Below are positions 11,657-25,403 of a stretch of DNA of 64,000 nucleotides, one piece after another. Both the position numbers and the translations under genes were made by a program. The stretch is from assembly GCA_964035545.1 (NCBI GenBank), contig OZ037767.1, positions 9,868,581 to 9,932,580 on the forward strand. The letters are read 5' to 3'. The notes beneath the pieces were generated by a model. It was not told the origin of the DNA, did no database searches, and saw nothing but the letters and a program-made list of their open reading frames with translations. The stretch's first letter is position 1, and each line of letters begins with the position of its first letter. The DNA is from Bugula neritina (lineage: Eukaryota; Animalia; Bryozoa).

Positions 11657-14600
11657 TGGATGCCAGGGCCTCCCACACTGCAGTCAGGTCTGAGCAGGTA
11701 CTCTTATGGCTAAAAGTAACCACAAGTGAAATAATACATTCATATGTTTTAAAATCTCCGATGGAGCTAAACTCAACTGTGAATAAACCCACAAAACGCA
11801 GTTCACACATTTATTAAACCAACACTAGCTTTTGAATCTAGCAGTAACGTACTTTTATTTTAGAAACTATGAAAATACAAGTACAAATAATGTTATAAAA
11901 ACTAAAGACCTTCCAGGTTGGTCTGTTCTCACACAATGTTACTAGAATGATATAACTCTAGAACGACAAGCTGATATATCATTTTATGTTATCATGATAT
12001 AGTAGTATGCTCGCAACACAAATTACAGCTCATAGTAACATCTTTATACACAAATCATAGCCAAGATAAAAGATGAAGGTAAAACCCTGCGACACAAATC
12101 ATAGCCCGAGTTAAAGGTGAAGGTAACAAACATACAACCAGATCATCCAGTCACCAGTGGTGGAGCCAGTAGAGGCCTGAGTGAGGTGTTCAAATGTTTC
12201 ATCAGATAAATGCTCGACGTGGGACTTCAAGTTAGACGATATCCAGTGGCCAATATCTTCTCTGTTGAATCTCAAGTGTAGGTTATCTATCACATATCAT
12301 ATCATATCATATCATATGACATCATATACAATATACATGTACAGCAAACAGCAACAAGAACTTAAGAGTAATAAGTAAATATTAAACACTGAGATATCAG
12401 GTATAATCAAGACAGCTTAGATGTAGTTCCTAAACATTATGCAACAGAGTAGTGGTTGAAGACTCTTCCTGGTTTGTTGTGTGTAAACTCAAGGCAGAGT
12501 TTTACGATTTCAGTTTTTCCCACACAAAATTAAAGAGAATAATCAATTAAACTCACTGAATGATTTCTCTATACAACAGTGATACTAATGCTGATAATAA
12601 CACCTTCAGTGATTGTACTAACGACTGCGATAATTTTGTAATCATATCAAATAAATTAATGTTTATAAGCTGTCAAACTGATATAGCAAATACTTAAAGA
12701 ATGTGTTTTAAAATGCAAAAGGTGTTAATGTGACAATTTGTGATCATATTAGGATATAATATTGCTTCCTATTAAACTTTAGTGTCTGAAGGTGGTGATT
12801 GAAGCGATACTTGCAGTCAAGAAATTGTGGAACTTCTCTCTAATTGCCAACAAAGAAGCCACCTTATAATGAAGTCAGAATGATTACAAACTATTCAGTC
12901 TAGTAGACTGCATAAACGCCCACAAAATTAGATGAAAGTTCAGAGAAAGAGCAGAAATTTCATGAGCAAAAACTGGTCTGTAAATTCTAAAATCTGTTGG
13001 CATTGAACTTTAAAATCTGTTTTTGTTTTTTGCAGTTTTCAACGAATTTTAGTGCTGAGCGCTAAAAGCAAGCCTATTTATATTAATATTCATTTCATAT
13101 TTATATAAGCAAGCCTACTTATAATAAAATATAATAACACCATGATACTATCTTGATAAGTTACATGTAACATATTTATATGTAAGTTTTACTCATAGTT
13201 GAAATTAATTGTATACTTCCACAGTTTTTCAACTCAAAAATTTAATGCCCTAAAGAAATTTTTCAAATAAAAATAAATTGAAAAATAGAATGCATACATA
13301 CAAATGTTGTGAGTTGCTAGGAAAAATTGAAAAACGCGCATTTATCATAACATTGTAGAAGATAATATATTAAATCTATGTAATACCTCCATCATAGACT
13401 ATAGGTCTCCCGTTTCTGTATAGGATGAGGTTAGGACAATGTTTCAAACTGTGGGATTTACCAAAATCTTTGTCTTTAAGAAATGCAGCAGCTAAACCTG
13501 AAATGTATCAACAAGCGAGGCTAATATCAACTAACATATACCATTCTCTCTACATGCTAGTGTTTCTAGATAGTGTAGGTTGGCTGGCAAGATAAATCAA
13601 AGTATAACGCAATCTGTGTAGAGCATCTGTTTTAGGGCAAAGTGAGGACAAAGTGTATAAATGTGCACTAATGGCGAATACTACTAATTAACTGAAGGTG
13701 AGTACTAACAGTTAACTGCAAGTGAGTACTAACAGTTAACTGCAGGTGAGTACTATGAGTTAACTGCAGGTGAGTACTATGAGTTAACTGAAGGTGAGTA
13801 CCATGAGTTAACTGCAGGTGAGTACTATGAGTTAACTAAAGGTGAGTACTAACAGTTAACTGCAAGTGAGTACTAACAGTTAACTGCAGGTGAGTACTAT
13901 GAGTTAACTGCAGGTGAGTACTATGAGTTAACTGAAGGTGAGTACCATGAGTTAACTGCAGGTGAGTACTATGAGTTAACTGAAGGTGAGTACCATGAGT
14001 TAACTGCAGGTGAGTACTATTAGTTACCTGTCACACCAAACTCCTCCTCACTGTGAGTAACCATCTCAAACACGACTTGTCTCATTCCCATACTCTCCAC
14101 ATGCTTTTCACATTTATCGTTACCATCTAAAACATAAAATTGCTGTACTAACATATGGGCAATGCGTGTGGACAGATATTTTAGTATTTCACAGGAACAT
14201 TCATTAGTTGACTATAGAGTTTACATTTCATATGATGAGAATCACTAAAGTGAACAATTAGTATGCAACTTCAAAAAGGTGAAAACCATTAGCTTTACTA
14301 CTTACATAGGAAATTTAGTTTCCATTTAAACAGTGAGCATAATATTGAGGCTTTAGAACATTCTAGTATTTTTTTATTATTATATAGTTATTACTCATGT
14401 TAAGTTTTACATATACAGAAAAGATGGAAAATGACATACAGAGCAGTTAGAGACTAGCTGAACTGCACCTGATCTAACACAGCCTTAGCATAGGAGACCA
14501 ATAGTCTATCATAGCTAAAACAATGGCTACGTTTCATTGCATACTACTCACATGCAAGCACAATTATTGTTTTCACTTGATTTGCATCTTCTGCAGTAAC

Positions 14601-14720
14601 TGCGTTCATTGTTTCTATCATCTCAGCTTTTGAAGTGAAGATGGGAATACCATTTTCATCTGTTTGGTATGCAACGCAATGCCATATCAAAGTGAGGAAA
14701 ACTCCCAACCTGAGTTTCAT
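9385..14720 (-). CDS. Type I ER membrane thioredoxin-domain (PDI-like) protein without CxxC, 321 aa
   Basis: Nine phase-consistent exons: 14552-14720, 14028-14126, 13387-13497, 12136-12286, 11656-11709, 11032-11127, 10684-10809, 10109-10145, 9385-9507 (966 nt). Signal peptide [17 protein letters not shown]; Trx-like [16 protein letters not shown]; [25 protein letters not shown]; AVWEALA; [16 protein letters not shown]; TM helix [20 protein letters not shown]; C-terminal KKDK (KKxx). An acceptor just upstream of the ATG implies a non-coding first exon. Confidence 0.9.
9571..9790 (-). mobile_element. tRNA-derived SINE-like element (intronic copy)
   Basis: Same family as 15444-15647 (CTTCCTAACATCGCCAATGGCCTTTACTGGGATTCGAACC). 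Confidence 0.75.
11351..11401 (-). ncRNA. Minimal type I hammerhead ribozyme motif, family B (mirror copy)
   Basis: Exact reverse complement of 11447-11497. Confidence 0.8.
11447..11497 (+). ncRNA. Minimal type I hammerhead ribozyme motif, family B
   Basis: TATTGTGC-CTGAGGA-GTGCC(gaaga)GGCAT-GAAAC(tatta)GTA-GTACAATA. Conserved core, stems I and II pair, stem III is very short. Confidence 0.8.
13688..14027. repeat. 24-bp minisatellite, 14 units, with a 144-bp higher-order period
   Basis: Unit TTAACTGCAGGTGAGTACTATGAG. The pattern of variant units recurs at 13688 and 13832. Abuts the exon 2 donor of the thioredoxin gene. Confidence 0.95.
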
Positions 14721-15147
14721 TAGTATGCTAAAGAAAATAAAAGTTTGACATGCGTTCGATGTTTAAAGTACAAATTGTAATATAGCAATTAAAAACAACT
14801 TGATTGTCCAAGTAGCTATTATGAGTGTTAAGGTATTCTTTAATACCAAAGATTAAAGCAAGTAGTCAAGGAGGACTGAAACAAATTCAATCAAATTGAG
14901 AAAAGTATCACCGAAATTACTACTGAGTGACTTGAACCTTTTTTTATCTAGATCATGATTTGGTTAGCTTCTATGACTAATAAGTATAACTAACTGTTGA
15001 TTGTATTTAGCAACCAATTCAGAGCTAGTCCTACACTTGTAGTTACAGTCATGACGACAATAAGGTGCTTAATTAATTATTATTATGACTAGAATAAACG
15101 ATTTGAGTAATGATAAAATACTATCAATTGTTGTTAAAAAGCCCAAC

Positions 15148-15227
15148 GCCCCTGTGGAGTGTGGTGTAATTGGTTAACGCGCCTGCTTGCAAGCCGGAGG
15201 TCTGTGGTTCGAGTCTCGGTGGGGGCA
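15148..15227 (+). pseudogene. tRNA-like sequence (pseudo-tRNA or SINE head); a second, more degenerate module lies at about 15339-15411
   Basis: A-box TGGTGTAATTGG, B-box GGTTCGAGTC, acceptor-like GCCCCTG/TGGGGGC and downstream T-runs. The anticodon arm and T stem are irregular. Confidence 0.55.
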
Positions 15228-15443
15228 ATTATTTTACAAGCTTTTTTTAGCCTTGTGTTGTGGAATTACTTTCAGGGAGTTGAGTGGCGAGTGACCTGGA
15301 GTTCCGGAGAACTATGTAATGTTGAGATTATTTAGTAGCCATGTAGTGTGAGAGTCAGCAGCTAGCAGGCTAACTTGCAAGTTAGAAGATGTTCGATCCC
15401 TGGTGAGGGCAGAAGTTTTTACAATAAGACTGTCATAGTAATA

Positions 15444-15647
15444 AAAAACTCACGCAAGTTTATAGTCGCTATCCCTGTGAGAAACCCCTGATGGTAAGGG
15501 TTTTTGTTAGAACGGGCTAAGGACTTGTTTAAATGAAGCACAGGAGCAATTATGACTGGATGCTCTTCCTAACATCACCAATGGCCTTTGTCGGGGTTCG
15601 AACCCACAACTTCGTGTTCACAAAGCAAACGCTTTAACCCCTAGACC
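15444..15647 (-). mobile_element. tRNA-derived SINE with 15-bp target-site duplication
   Basis: Minus-strand head GTGGTCTAGGGGTTAAAGCG...GGGTTCGAACCCC. Direct repeat ACTGTCATAGTAATA at 15429-15443 and 15648-15662. Four other copies in the window. Confidence 0.85.
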
Positions 15648-18315
15648 ACTGTCATAGTAATAGTTAAAGTTAAATTAAAATTATTACTGGTAGCAATAGT
15701 AAAACTAATAACAACACTAATATAACTTTAAATTTAATTCTATAACTATAAGGCTATGTACTGATAATAAGAGCATCAATAGGTTTAAATCTTAATCAGT
15801 AAATGGCACAATTCAAGTAAAACTAGGTGCAACTGTAACAGTTAAGCCTAATCACAATTACGGGCTAATGCTAGCACAGGTAAGGCTTGGAGTTACAAAC
15901 TAAACTTTACAGTTCAGTGAACTCTAAAAGTAAATCCGTAAAAATAAAATAATTCAAATTGAATATTAATATTATCATTATCATTATGATTATGTTAATT
16001 TTCATCAGTCTACGGTTAAGTTTATGTTGGTTAAACTTTGACAATGACCAAGATATGAATATTCTTATTTTTAATTTTATTCATACTCCGACATCATAAG
16101 GCTAACCGCTAAGCACACTCAGTGACACTGACTCACACTGATAGTGATACTCATACTGATAGTCATACTCATAGTGATAGTGTCAGTGAATGTGATACTC
16201 GTACCGACTCACTCAAGTTTTAGAGCTTAGCCGGCTAGGAGTAGGTAGTACTAGTACTTTTACTAGAACTACCTAAAGTTACTAGCCCTATGCCTAGTAG
16301 TAATCAGTGAGAAAATGTATTTATCGAATATTAAAACGACAATATCACAATTCTATATTTTAAGAATTCAACGCGTGGTAAAGCCAAAGGCAGCGTGAAA
16401 GTGCAAGTTTCTATATAAAGTGACACATAGTCAAGCATGGCTTTGTTTACGAAAAGTTAATCTGAATAAACCCCCTTTAATAATTCCGATGACACCCGAC
16501 TTTTATCTAGATTCACGCTGGTTATAGTGGTGACAACTCTAAAAAATAAATATGTTGTTTATATTAAATGGATGAATAATTTAAGCCACAGTAAAGTGAA
16601 AATTTCTTAATTGCTTGTTAAGTTTGAATGAGTCAGATACATAAATTTTTTGCTCGAGCATATATATTTTATAAATACTTATGTCTTAGTATAGTTTGCT
16701 GGCCAAGCTATACTGATTTTTAAAGCCATATATTAAAATGCCATAAAAGCCATAAAGTTAAAATGAAGCATAATTCAACACTGCGAGATAGTTTGAAAAT
16801 GAGGTGTCTTATACAGCAGCTAAGCTTTAAGGTATATGTGGCTATGGTTTATTGTGCAACAGTCTGTAGCCATGCAATCATATTTTGAGCCAGTCAAGGG
16901 AAAATAAGCTCTATGGAGTTTGCAAATAGAAAAATGTTTTGGGCAAAACAGCTCTTCCTGCACGTTACTTTGGAATGAGTTTATATAGTTATATGTAATA
17001 TTAGATCAAACAAATTTATATATTTATAAAAGAATAAAAACAAAACTGTGTTTAGGTGAGACAATTACTATAGAATCGTTTATTACATAGTATGTTATAT
17101 AATATAATTATATAACATATACTAATATATGTGATATATAATAATGTTTTATCATTCTAAATATATGTATTATGATACATAGTTATTATGTATTGTATTT
17201 AGCTAAAGGCAGCAAAAACTATTTTTGTCTGCTGTAAATTGATGTTATCTCATAACTATAGTAACAGTCCTTAATTATAGTATTTACTAGCTTTTATTAT
17301 GTTTACCAACTAAACATTGGTATAGTAGCATACTGACAGTACCATAAAATATGGCTTGATAATTTATTTTTGAACAAATAAAACAGTGCACATATAATAA
17401 GAGAAAGGAGTTTGATTAATACATAGTATTTTTCAAAGCTTATTATATGAGTATGAAAACTATATGTGAAAAACAAGCTTAAAACTTGGTTGAGTAAATC
17501 AATCATAGAACATGTATGATGTACTTGTATATTTTCAGTTCAGATAATAATTATTATCTGTACAGTACTTAATATTGGAGTTTTCTTACATTATATCCTG
17601 TTTATTTAAATTGCAATATTTAAGTATGTTTAAATTTACTTGTCTTTAAAAATGAACAATATTTTATGTTAAAGTAAATAGGCACATAATACTGCCAACT
17701 AATAGCCCATAATATATTAATAACATACAAAGTGCCAATTTAGGTCTTCTATTTTATGATTAGAGTATATAAATATAATACTAAGAATATTCATAGTTAG
17801 CTTCCTCATATTTTAGGACAACTCCTGATAATTTTAAATAATAACTTAGCAACTGGCAGTGTGGGCAGGGCATCTTATCCATGAACATTGTGTGTGATGC
17901 ATTTGATTGGCTATAGAATACATTGCTGAGTAATACAAGCTCCGCCTACTGTAGTTCAAACGCATTTCTTTCAAGTAGCATGAATAAATAGGCTTATGAG
18001 ATGAGGTATTACACCACATCTGTGCAAAGATATAAACTATCTACTCTTTATACCATATAATTTATGAAATTATAATCTGCAGACAATAGCCAGCTTGTCT
18101 ATAAATAGTACTAAGCAATAAAAATAATACCTGCCATTATGTAATCATGGAGCAAAACTAAGCAGATACTGGGTAGTAATTCATTTATATACAGAGTGTT
18201 GTTATACAAAGAAATCAGTGAAAAATATCAAGAACCTGTCAAACAGTATATTAGCAATCTATCAGAAATATATTATTAATGTATCAACCATATGTGAGCA
18301 ATATATCAGCAATAT

Positions 18316-19539
18316 TGATTTTGATTCTCACTCCATAAGTTTAATCCAAAACTACTTGACCAATCGAACACAGCATGTTATAATAGAGAACAGTATACCC
18401 AATTCCTTGCATATCACCTGTGGAGTTCCCCAGGGCTCTATCTTGGGCCCTGTGCTCTTTCTGCTGTACATAAATGATTTAGCTACCCATTGTCCTTTAC
18501 TTGATACTATTCTGTTTGCCGACGACACAAATCTTTTTTGGAAGAGCAAAGATTTAAATGCTGATATTGGAAATATAAACTCCTCATTAAATAAAGTTAA
18601 TAACTGGTGCATTGCAAACAAACTAACTCTAAACTTAACGAAAACAAACTATATCATTGTTAAAAACTACCAAAAGAATTTTGTACTTAACAGTACCATC
18701 CATATTGACAATATACCTCTCTCACCTAGCTCAGAAATAAAATTTTTAGGTGTAGTCATTGACATTAACTTAAACTGGTGTGCTCATATAAATTCTTTAA
18801 GGACTCAGCTCAACAAAGTAACTGGTATGATATACTTAGCTTCAAAGTTTTTACCATACAAAGCTTTGATTTTATTATATAACAGTCTGATAAACAGCAA
18901 ACTTACATATTGCTTAGAAGCCTGGGGAAATGCCCCTAAAACCCATCTGAACAAGTTGCTTTTAATCCAAAAACGCATTATTCGCATTATTTTCCACAAA
19001 TCACCTACTGAACACACGTCACTTCTATTTATCAAAGCAGAAATTCTTCCTATTGATCTCTTATATATCTACCGCCTATGTCTTCTTGATCATTCAGCTT
19101 ATTATACTCCATCTCACACCAAACAACCACCAACTTACCTCACCAGACATTCTGAACTTTCCTTACCCTTACCTCTCTCTACCTCCGCAGCAGGTCATCG
19201 TCAAGTGTCCTACCAGATGTCTAGCAATTGGAATAAGCTACCTCTGACTAAGACATCATCAAAGCTTTGCCACATTTAAAATATTGTTGAAAAAGCACCT
19301 ACTAAAATCTTTAACTTAATCTGAATAAATAGTTCCCACTATTTTTTCAACTGCCACTTGGGCCCCGCTCCTTGAATAGCTATGCTACTGAGCACATGGG
19401 CCCCCATCTTGACTTCAATTGATATTATATATAAATTGAATTTAGCTCCTTTTGTGTTACTGTTGTATATTTGTATTTTTTTTTGTCCTTTTGTTTTTTT
19501 TTTGATGGAAATAAAGAAAACAAACAAACAAACAAACAA
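18316..19539 (+). mobile_element. 5'-truncated non-LTR retrotransposon (CR1/L2 group), C-terminal half of RT
   Basis: YLTNRTQHV, GVPQGSILGPVLFLLYINDL, LFADDT, KFLGVVID, QKRIIRII. Ends in AATAAA plus an (AAAC)n tail. AATAT is duplicated at 18311-18315 and 19540-19544. Empty site in units 2-4. Confidence 0.92.
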
Positions 19540-20433
19540 AATATGCCATCAATATTGATCTGAACATTAACTGTAATTATTGAATCAACATCCATATTAA
19601 GCTATTATTATCACTGATACTTTTACAAAATTACAACAGATCGAAACAAAATGTTATAATTACTTCCAAGTATCAAAGATGCTTGCACAACAATATGTTG
19701 GACCAACAGTGAGAATAAGATTATGCTAAAACCAAAGCCAAATATAATCAATGTTTAAATTTAAATTTTCTACATGATAGGAACAGGTGACTTTTTCAAC
19801 AATGACTTCTCAATGTTTATTTATTAAATGTTGGTTGCTAATAACTAGCTTTACTATTTTTAGTTCTTTAAAACTTGGTACAAAATAAAGACAACTCCAA
19901 AAGTAGAGGTGGAAGCATCAAGAAACTGGGTTGGAAATTTTGTGTCCAACTATCTAGGCAGTGTCAACATAATATCAATGCTTGTCTTTATTTAAACAAC
20001 CCTGGTGCTGATAAATTTTGACGTCAGAAAGTCTATTCACCAAAGATTATTCATTGTACAAATAAACGTCTGTTCTATCTTAATCTTTATTTTACCGTTA
20101 TCTAGAATACAATATAAAATGGCAGCAAGCGGATTTGCTTTATAGGTAAATAGTCAGACTCCCAGGCAGCTAAATAAAGATAACCATTGAATTTTGTGAC
20201 AAGAAGTTTGACCCATACTACCTTAGGATTTTAAGTATTGCTAGTAATAATATAGTTTGAATAAATTCTAATTACCAATTAGTAACTTCATCAGGAAAGA
20301 ATAAAAAGTAGCATTTTATTTCATATTTGATTTGTTTTAAAATAAAGCAAATTTATGCAAAGCATTTATCTTTAAAGTTTGAATGAAAATTAATAGGTAG
20401 AATTTCAAGTAAAATATAATTATGTAATGTAGG

Positions 20434-20534
<101 letters not shown>

Positions 20535-20535
20535 C

Positions 20536-20584
20536 ATTGCTACTCTGAAGATGGGTACAGTGGTACCCGAAATATCAGTGTAAT
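20536..20584 (+). ncRNA. Minimal hammerhead ribozyme motif, family A, in a PLE terminal fragment within (TA)n
   Basis: TACT-CTGAAGA-T-GGGTAC(agtg)GTACCC-GAAATATC-AGTG. Stem III is reduced to palindromic ATAT. Fragment ~20531-20660 matches the PLE end at 37834-37952. Confidence 0.65.
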
Positions 20585-22909
20585 TACTTTACCTAATAAA
20601 GTAATAAATAACAATGTTTCTCGTATACCTATTTATAATCAAATTGCTAGCTCGTAAAGATATATTTAAAAATATATATATATATATATCATTATTATCA
20701 CGTGTTCATCATTCACATAATGTGAAGGATGGAAACGCAGTGATAATAATGCTTTCATGTTTATTGTCAGTAATAACATAATATACTTGTTATTACTATT
20801 AAGGTGTCATTATTTTATAAATCATCAAAAAGCAAAAATTGTCTCGTATGGTTTTGTCACTATTGTACTGTGGACTGTAGCTAGTGCTAGTATGCATGTC
20901 CATGGCTCATGTAAAGCTTTTATACTGTCAATAGATATTATTTCATGATTTATAGTTGTCAAAATATGTTGGTATGTTTCAAATTTGTGTGGTTACAATC
21001 TCAGCCGATCTTATATTTCTAGTTTATTTATTTAATAATATAGTATTCTTGCAGTTGTTATCTTTTTTGTTAAATTGAATAAGTTGTAGAAAATCGTCAC
21101 ATGGTTTACTAAATTGTTTATGTAACATATAGCTGGTTTTATATAATAATATGCATTATGATAAAAAAGCATCAATTATATGGTAGATATTCTGTCTTTA
21201 AAAATTATATCAACAAAAACCATGCTCATTCACAAACCAACATTTTATATAAATAATTATTTTACTCTTTCCCGTAAAGCACGGTTATCTTCTATATACA
21301 AAACATCTAAGAAGTTTTCTAAACAAAGAGATTAAAAGTTTGCTAATTTTACAACAATGTTGCAATTTTTATTTAGTTTGAAGTTGTTTTTTACCCTCAT
21401 CAATTTTCCGTAGTAATTAGCTTTTTCTTGTTCTAATTTTGTGTGTGTTAATTTTAAAATTGTCTTATGTCAAGGAAGTAGTTTCCTTAGTTTTCTTTTG
21501 TAGGCAGTCAGTCTGAACAACATCTCAGGCTGCTCGAGCAGTCTAATATTAATTTGTTCTGGCCACTCGTTGACAATTGATTGTTTTTAATATTCGTCTG
21601 GACGAAGCTTTCCTGCTGTGGCGGTTGGTCTGTAACATAAATAATAAGCAAATAATTACATACGTGCTATCTAAAAATTTATTTGTGCAAATTTATAATT
21701 TGTATATGATGTCAATAAAATATAAACACTGTGAAATACACACTGTTAGGACCAGCAAATATATATAATTGTAGTAGGTTTGGGGATCTACTCATGCTTC
21801 AACTATTTTCTTTGTGTGAATGCCCTAACTGTTTTATTTACGTGAATGCCCAAGTTTTATTTGTCTGTTGTGAGTTCGATTTTAGAAGGTTCTGGGAGTC
21901 CCAGTGGAGATTCCGTCTACTACTGGAGCTCGAGGACTATACTACTATTTTCAACTACTAAGGCAATCTATCAGAAATTTATTATTAATGTATCAACCAT
22001 ATGTGAGCAATATATCAGCAATATGCCATCAATATTGATCTGAACATTAACTGTAATTATTGAATCAACATCCATATTAAGCTATTATTATCACTGATAC
22101 TTTTACAAAATTACAACAGAAACAAAATGTTATAATTACTTCCAAGTATCAAAGATGCTTGCATAACAATATGTTGGACCAACAGTGAGAATAAGATTAT
22201 GCTAAAACCAAAGCCAAATATAATAAATGTTTAAATTTAAATTTTCTACATGATAGGAACAGGTGACTTTTTCAACAATAACTTCTCAATGTTTATCTAT
22301 TAAATGTTGGTTGCTAATAACTAGCTTTACTATTTTTAATTCTTTAAAACTTGGTACAAAATAAAGACAACTCCAAAAGTAGAGGTGGAAGCATCAAGAA
22401 ACTGGGTTGGAAATTTTGTGTCCAACTATCTAGGCAGTGTCAGCATAATATCAATGCTTGTCTTTATTTAAACAACCCTGGTGCTGATAAATTTTGACGT
22501 CAGAAAGTCTATTCACCAAAGATTATTCATTGTACAAATAAACGTCTGTTCTATCTTAATCTTTATCTTATCGTTATCTAGAATACAATCTAAAATGGCA
22601 GCAAGCGGATTTGCTTTATAGGTAAATAGTCAGACTCCCAGGCAGCTAAATAAAGATAACCATTGAATTTTGTGACAAGAAGTTTGACCCATACTACCTT
22701 AGGATTTTAAGTATTGCTAGTAATAATATAGTTTGAATAAATTCTAATTACCAATTAGTAACTTCATCAGGAAAGAATAAAAAGTAGCATTTTATTTCAT
22801 ATTTGATTTGTTTTAAAATAAAGCAAATTTATGCAAAGCATTTATCTTCAAAGTTTGAATGAAAATTAATAGGTAGAATTTCAAGTAAAATATAATTATG
22901 TAATGTAGG

Positions 22910-22982
<73 letters not shown>

Positions 22983-22983
22983 C

Positions 22984-23032
22984 ATTGCTACTCTGAAGAT
23001 GGGTACAGTGGTACCCGAAATATCAGTGTAAT
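22984..23032 (+). ncRNA. Minimal hammerhead ribozyme motif, family A (tandem unit 2)
   Basis: Identical to 20536-20584. Confidence 0.65.
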
Positions 23033-23116
23033 TACTTTACCTAATAAAGTAATAAATAACAATGTTTCTCGTATACCTATTTATAATCAAATTGCTAGCT
23101 CGTAAAGATATATTTA

Positions 23117-23147
<31 letters not shown>

Positions 23148-25403
23148 CATTATTATCACGTGTTCATCATTCACATAATGTGAAGGATGGAAACGCAGTG
23201 ATAATAATGCTTTCATGTTTATTGTCAGTAATAACATAATATACTTGTTATTACTATTAAGGTGTCATTATTTTATAAATCATCAAAAAGCAAAAATTGT
23301 CTCGTATGGTTTTGTCACTATTGTACTGTGGACTGTAGCTAGTGCTAGTATGCATGTCCATGGCTCATGTAAAGCTTTTATACTGTCAATAGATATGATT
23401 TCATGATTTATAGTTGTCAAAATATGTTGGTATATGTTTCAAATTTGTGTGGTTACAATCTTATATTTCTAGTTTATTTATTTAATAATAATATAGTATT
23501 CTTGCAGGTATTATCTTTTTTGTTAAATTGAATAGGTTGTAGAAAATCGTCACATGGTTTACTAAATTGTTTATGTAACATATAGCTGGTTTTATATAAT
23601 AATATGCATTATGATAAAAAAGCATCAATTATATGCTAGATATTCTGTCTTTAAAAATTATATCAACAAAAACCATGCTCATTCACAAACCAACATTTTA
23701 TATAAATAACTATTTTACTCTTTCCCGTAAAGCCCGGTTATCTTCTATATACAAAACATCTAAGAAGTTTTCTAAACAAAGAGATTAAAAGTTTGCTAAT
23801 TTTACAACAATGTTGCAATTTTTATTTAGTTTGAAGTTGTTTTTTACCCTTATCAATTTTCCGTAGTAATTAGCTTTTTCTTGTTCTAATTTTGTGTGTG
23901 TTAATTTTAGAATTGTCTTATGTCAAGGAAGTAGTTTCCTTAGTTTTCTTTTGTAGGCAATCAGTCTGAACAACATCTCAGGCTGCTCGAGCAGTCTAAT
24001 ATTAATTTGTTGTGGCCACTCGTTGACAATTGATTGTTGTTTTTAATATTCGTCTGGACAAAGCTTTCCTGCTGTGGCGGTTGGTCTGTAACATAATAAT
24101 AAGCAAATAATTACATACGTGCTATCTAAAAATTTATTCGTGCAAATTTATAATTTGTATATGATGTCAATAAAATATAAACACTGTGAAATAAACACTG
24201 TCAGGGCCAGCAAATATATATAATTGTAGTAGGTTTGGGGATCTACTCATGCTTCAACTATTTTCTTTGTGTGAATGCCCTAACTGTTTTATTTACGTGA
24301 ATGCCCAAGTTTTATTTGTCTGTTGTGAGTTCGATTTTAGAAGGTTCTGGGAGTCCCAGTGGAGATTCCGTCTACTACTGGAGCTCGAGGACTATACTAC
24401 TATTTTCAACTACTAAGGCAATCTATCAGAAATTTATTATTAATGTATCAACCATATGTGAGCAATATATCAGCAATATGCCATCAATATTGATCTGAAC
24501 ATTAACTGTAATTATTGAATCAACATCCATATTAAGCTATTATTATCACTGATACTTTTACAAAATTACAACAGAAACAAAATGTTATAATTACTTCCAA
24601 GTATCAAAGATGCTTGCATAACAATATGTTGGACCAACAGTGAGAATAAGATTATGCTAAAACCAAAGCCAAATATAATCAATGTTTAAATTTAAATTTT
24701 CTACATGATAGGAACAGGTGACTTTTTCAACAATAACTTCTCAATGTTTATCTATTAAATGTTGGTTGCTAATAACTAGCTTTACTATTTTTAATTCTTT
24801 AAAACTTGGTACAAAATAAAGACAACTCCAAAAGTAGAGGTGGAAGCGTCAAGAAACTGGGTTGGAAATTTTGTGTCCAACTATCTAGGCAGTGTCAGCA
24901 TAATATCAATGCTTGTCTTTATTTAAACAACCCTGGTGCTGATAAATTTTGACGTTAGAAAGTCTATTCACCAAAGATTATTGATTGTACAAATAAACGT
25001 CTGTTCTATCTTAATCTTTATCTTATCGTTATCTAGAATACAATCTAAAATGGCAGCAAGCGGATTTGCTTTATAGGTAAATAGTCAGACTCCCAGGCAG
25101 CTAAATAAAAATAACCATTGAATTTTGTGACAAGAAGTTTGACCCATACTACCTTACGATTTTAAGTATTGCTAGTAATAATATAGTTTGAATAAATTCT
25201 AATTACCAATTAGTAACTTCATCAGGAAAGAATAAAAAGTAGCATTTTATTTGTTTTAAAATAAAGCAAATTTATGCAAAGCATTTATCTTCAGAGTTTG
25301 AATGAAAATTAATAGTTAGAATTTCAAGTAAAATATAATTATGTAATGTAGGCCTAAATATATATATATATATATATATTTAGGCCTACATTACATAATT
25401 ATA

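Noticed and set aside
15148-15227. Functional tRNA gene
   Set aside because: Extra bases after the acceptor strand, a mismatched anticodon stem with a 6-nt loop, and a poor T stem.
18218-18315. N-terminus of the 353-aa RT ORF
   Set aside because: It is flanking and tandem-unit sequence fused by chance to a 5'-truncated LINE.
20757-22043. Recurrent short + strand ORFs (MFIVSNN.., MPKFYLS..)
   Set aside because: They recur only because the 2.45-kb unit is duplicated. No motifs or splice support.
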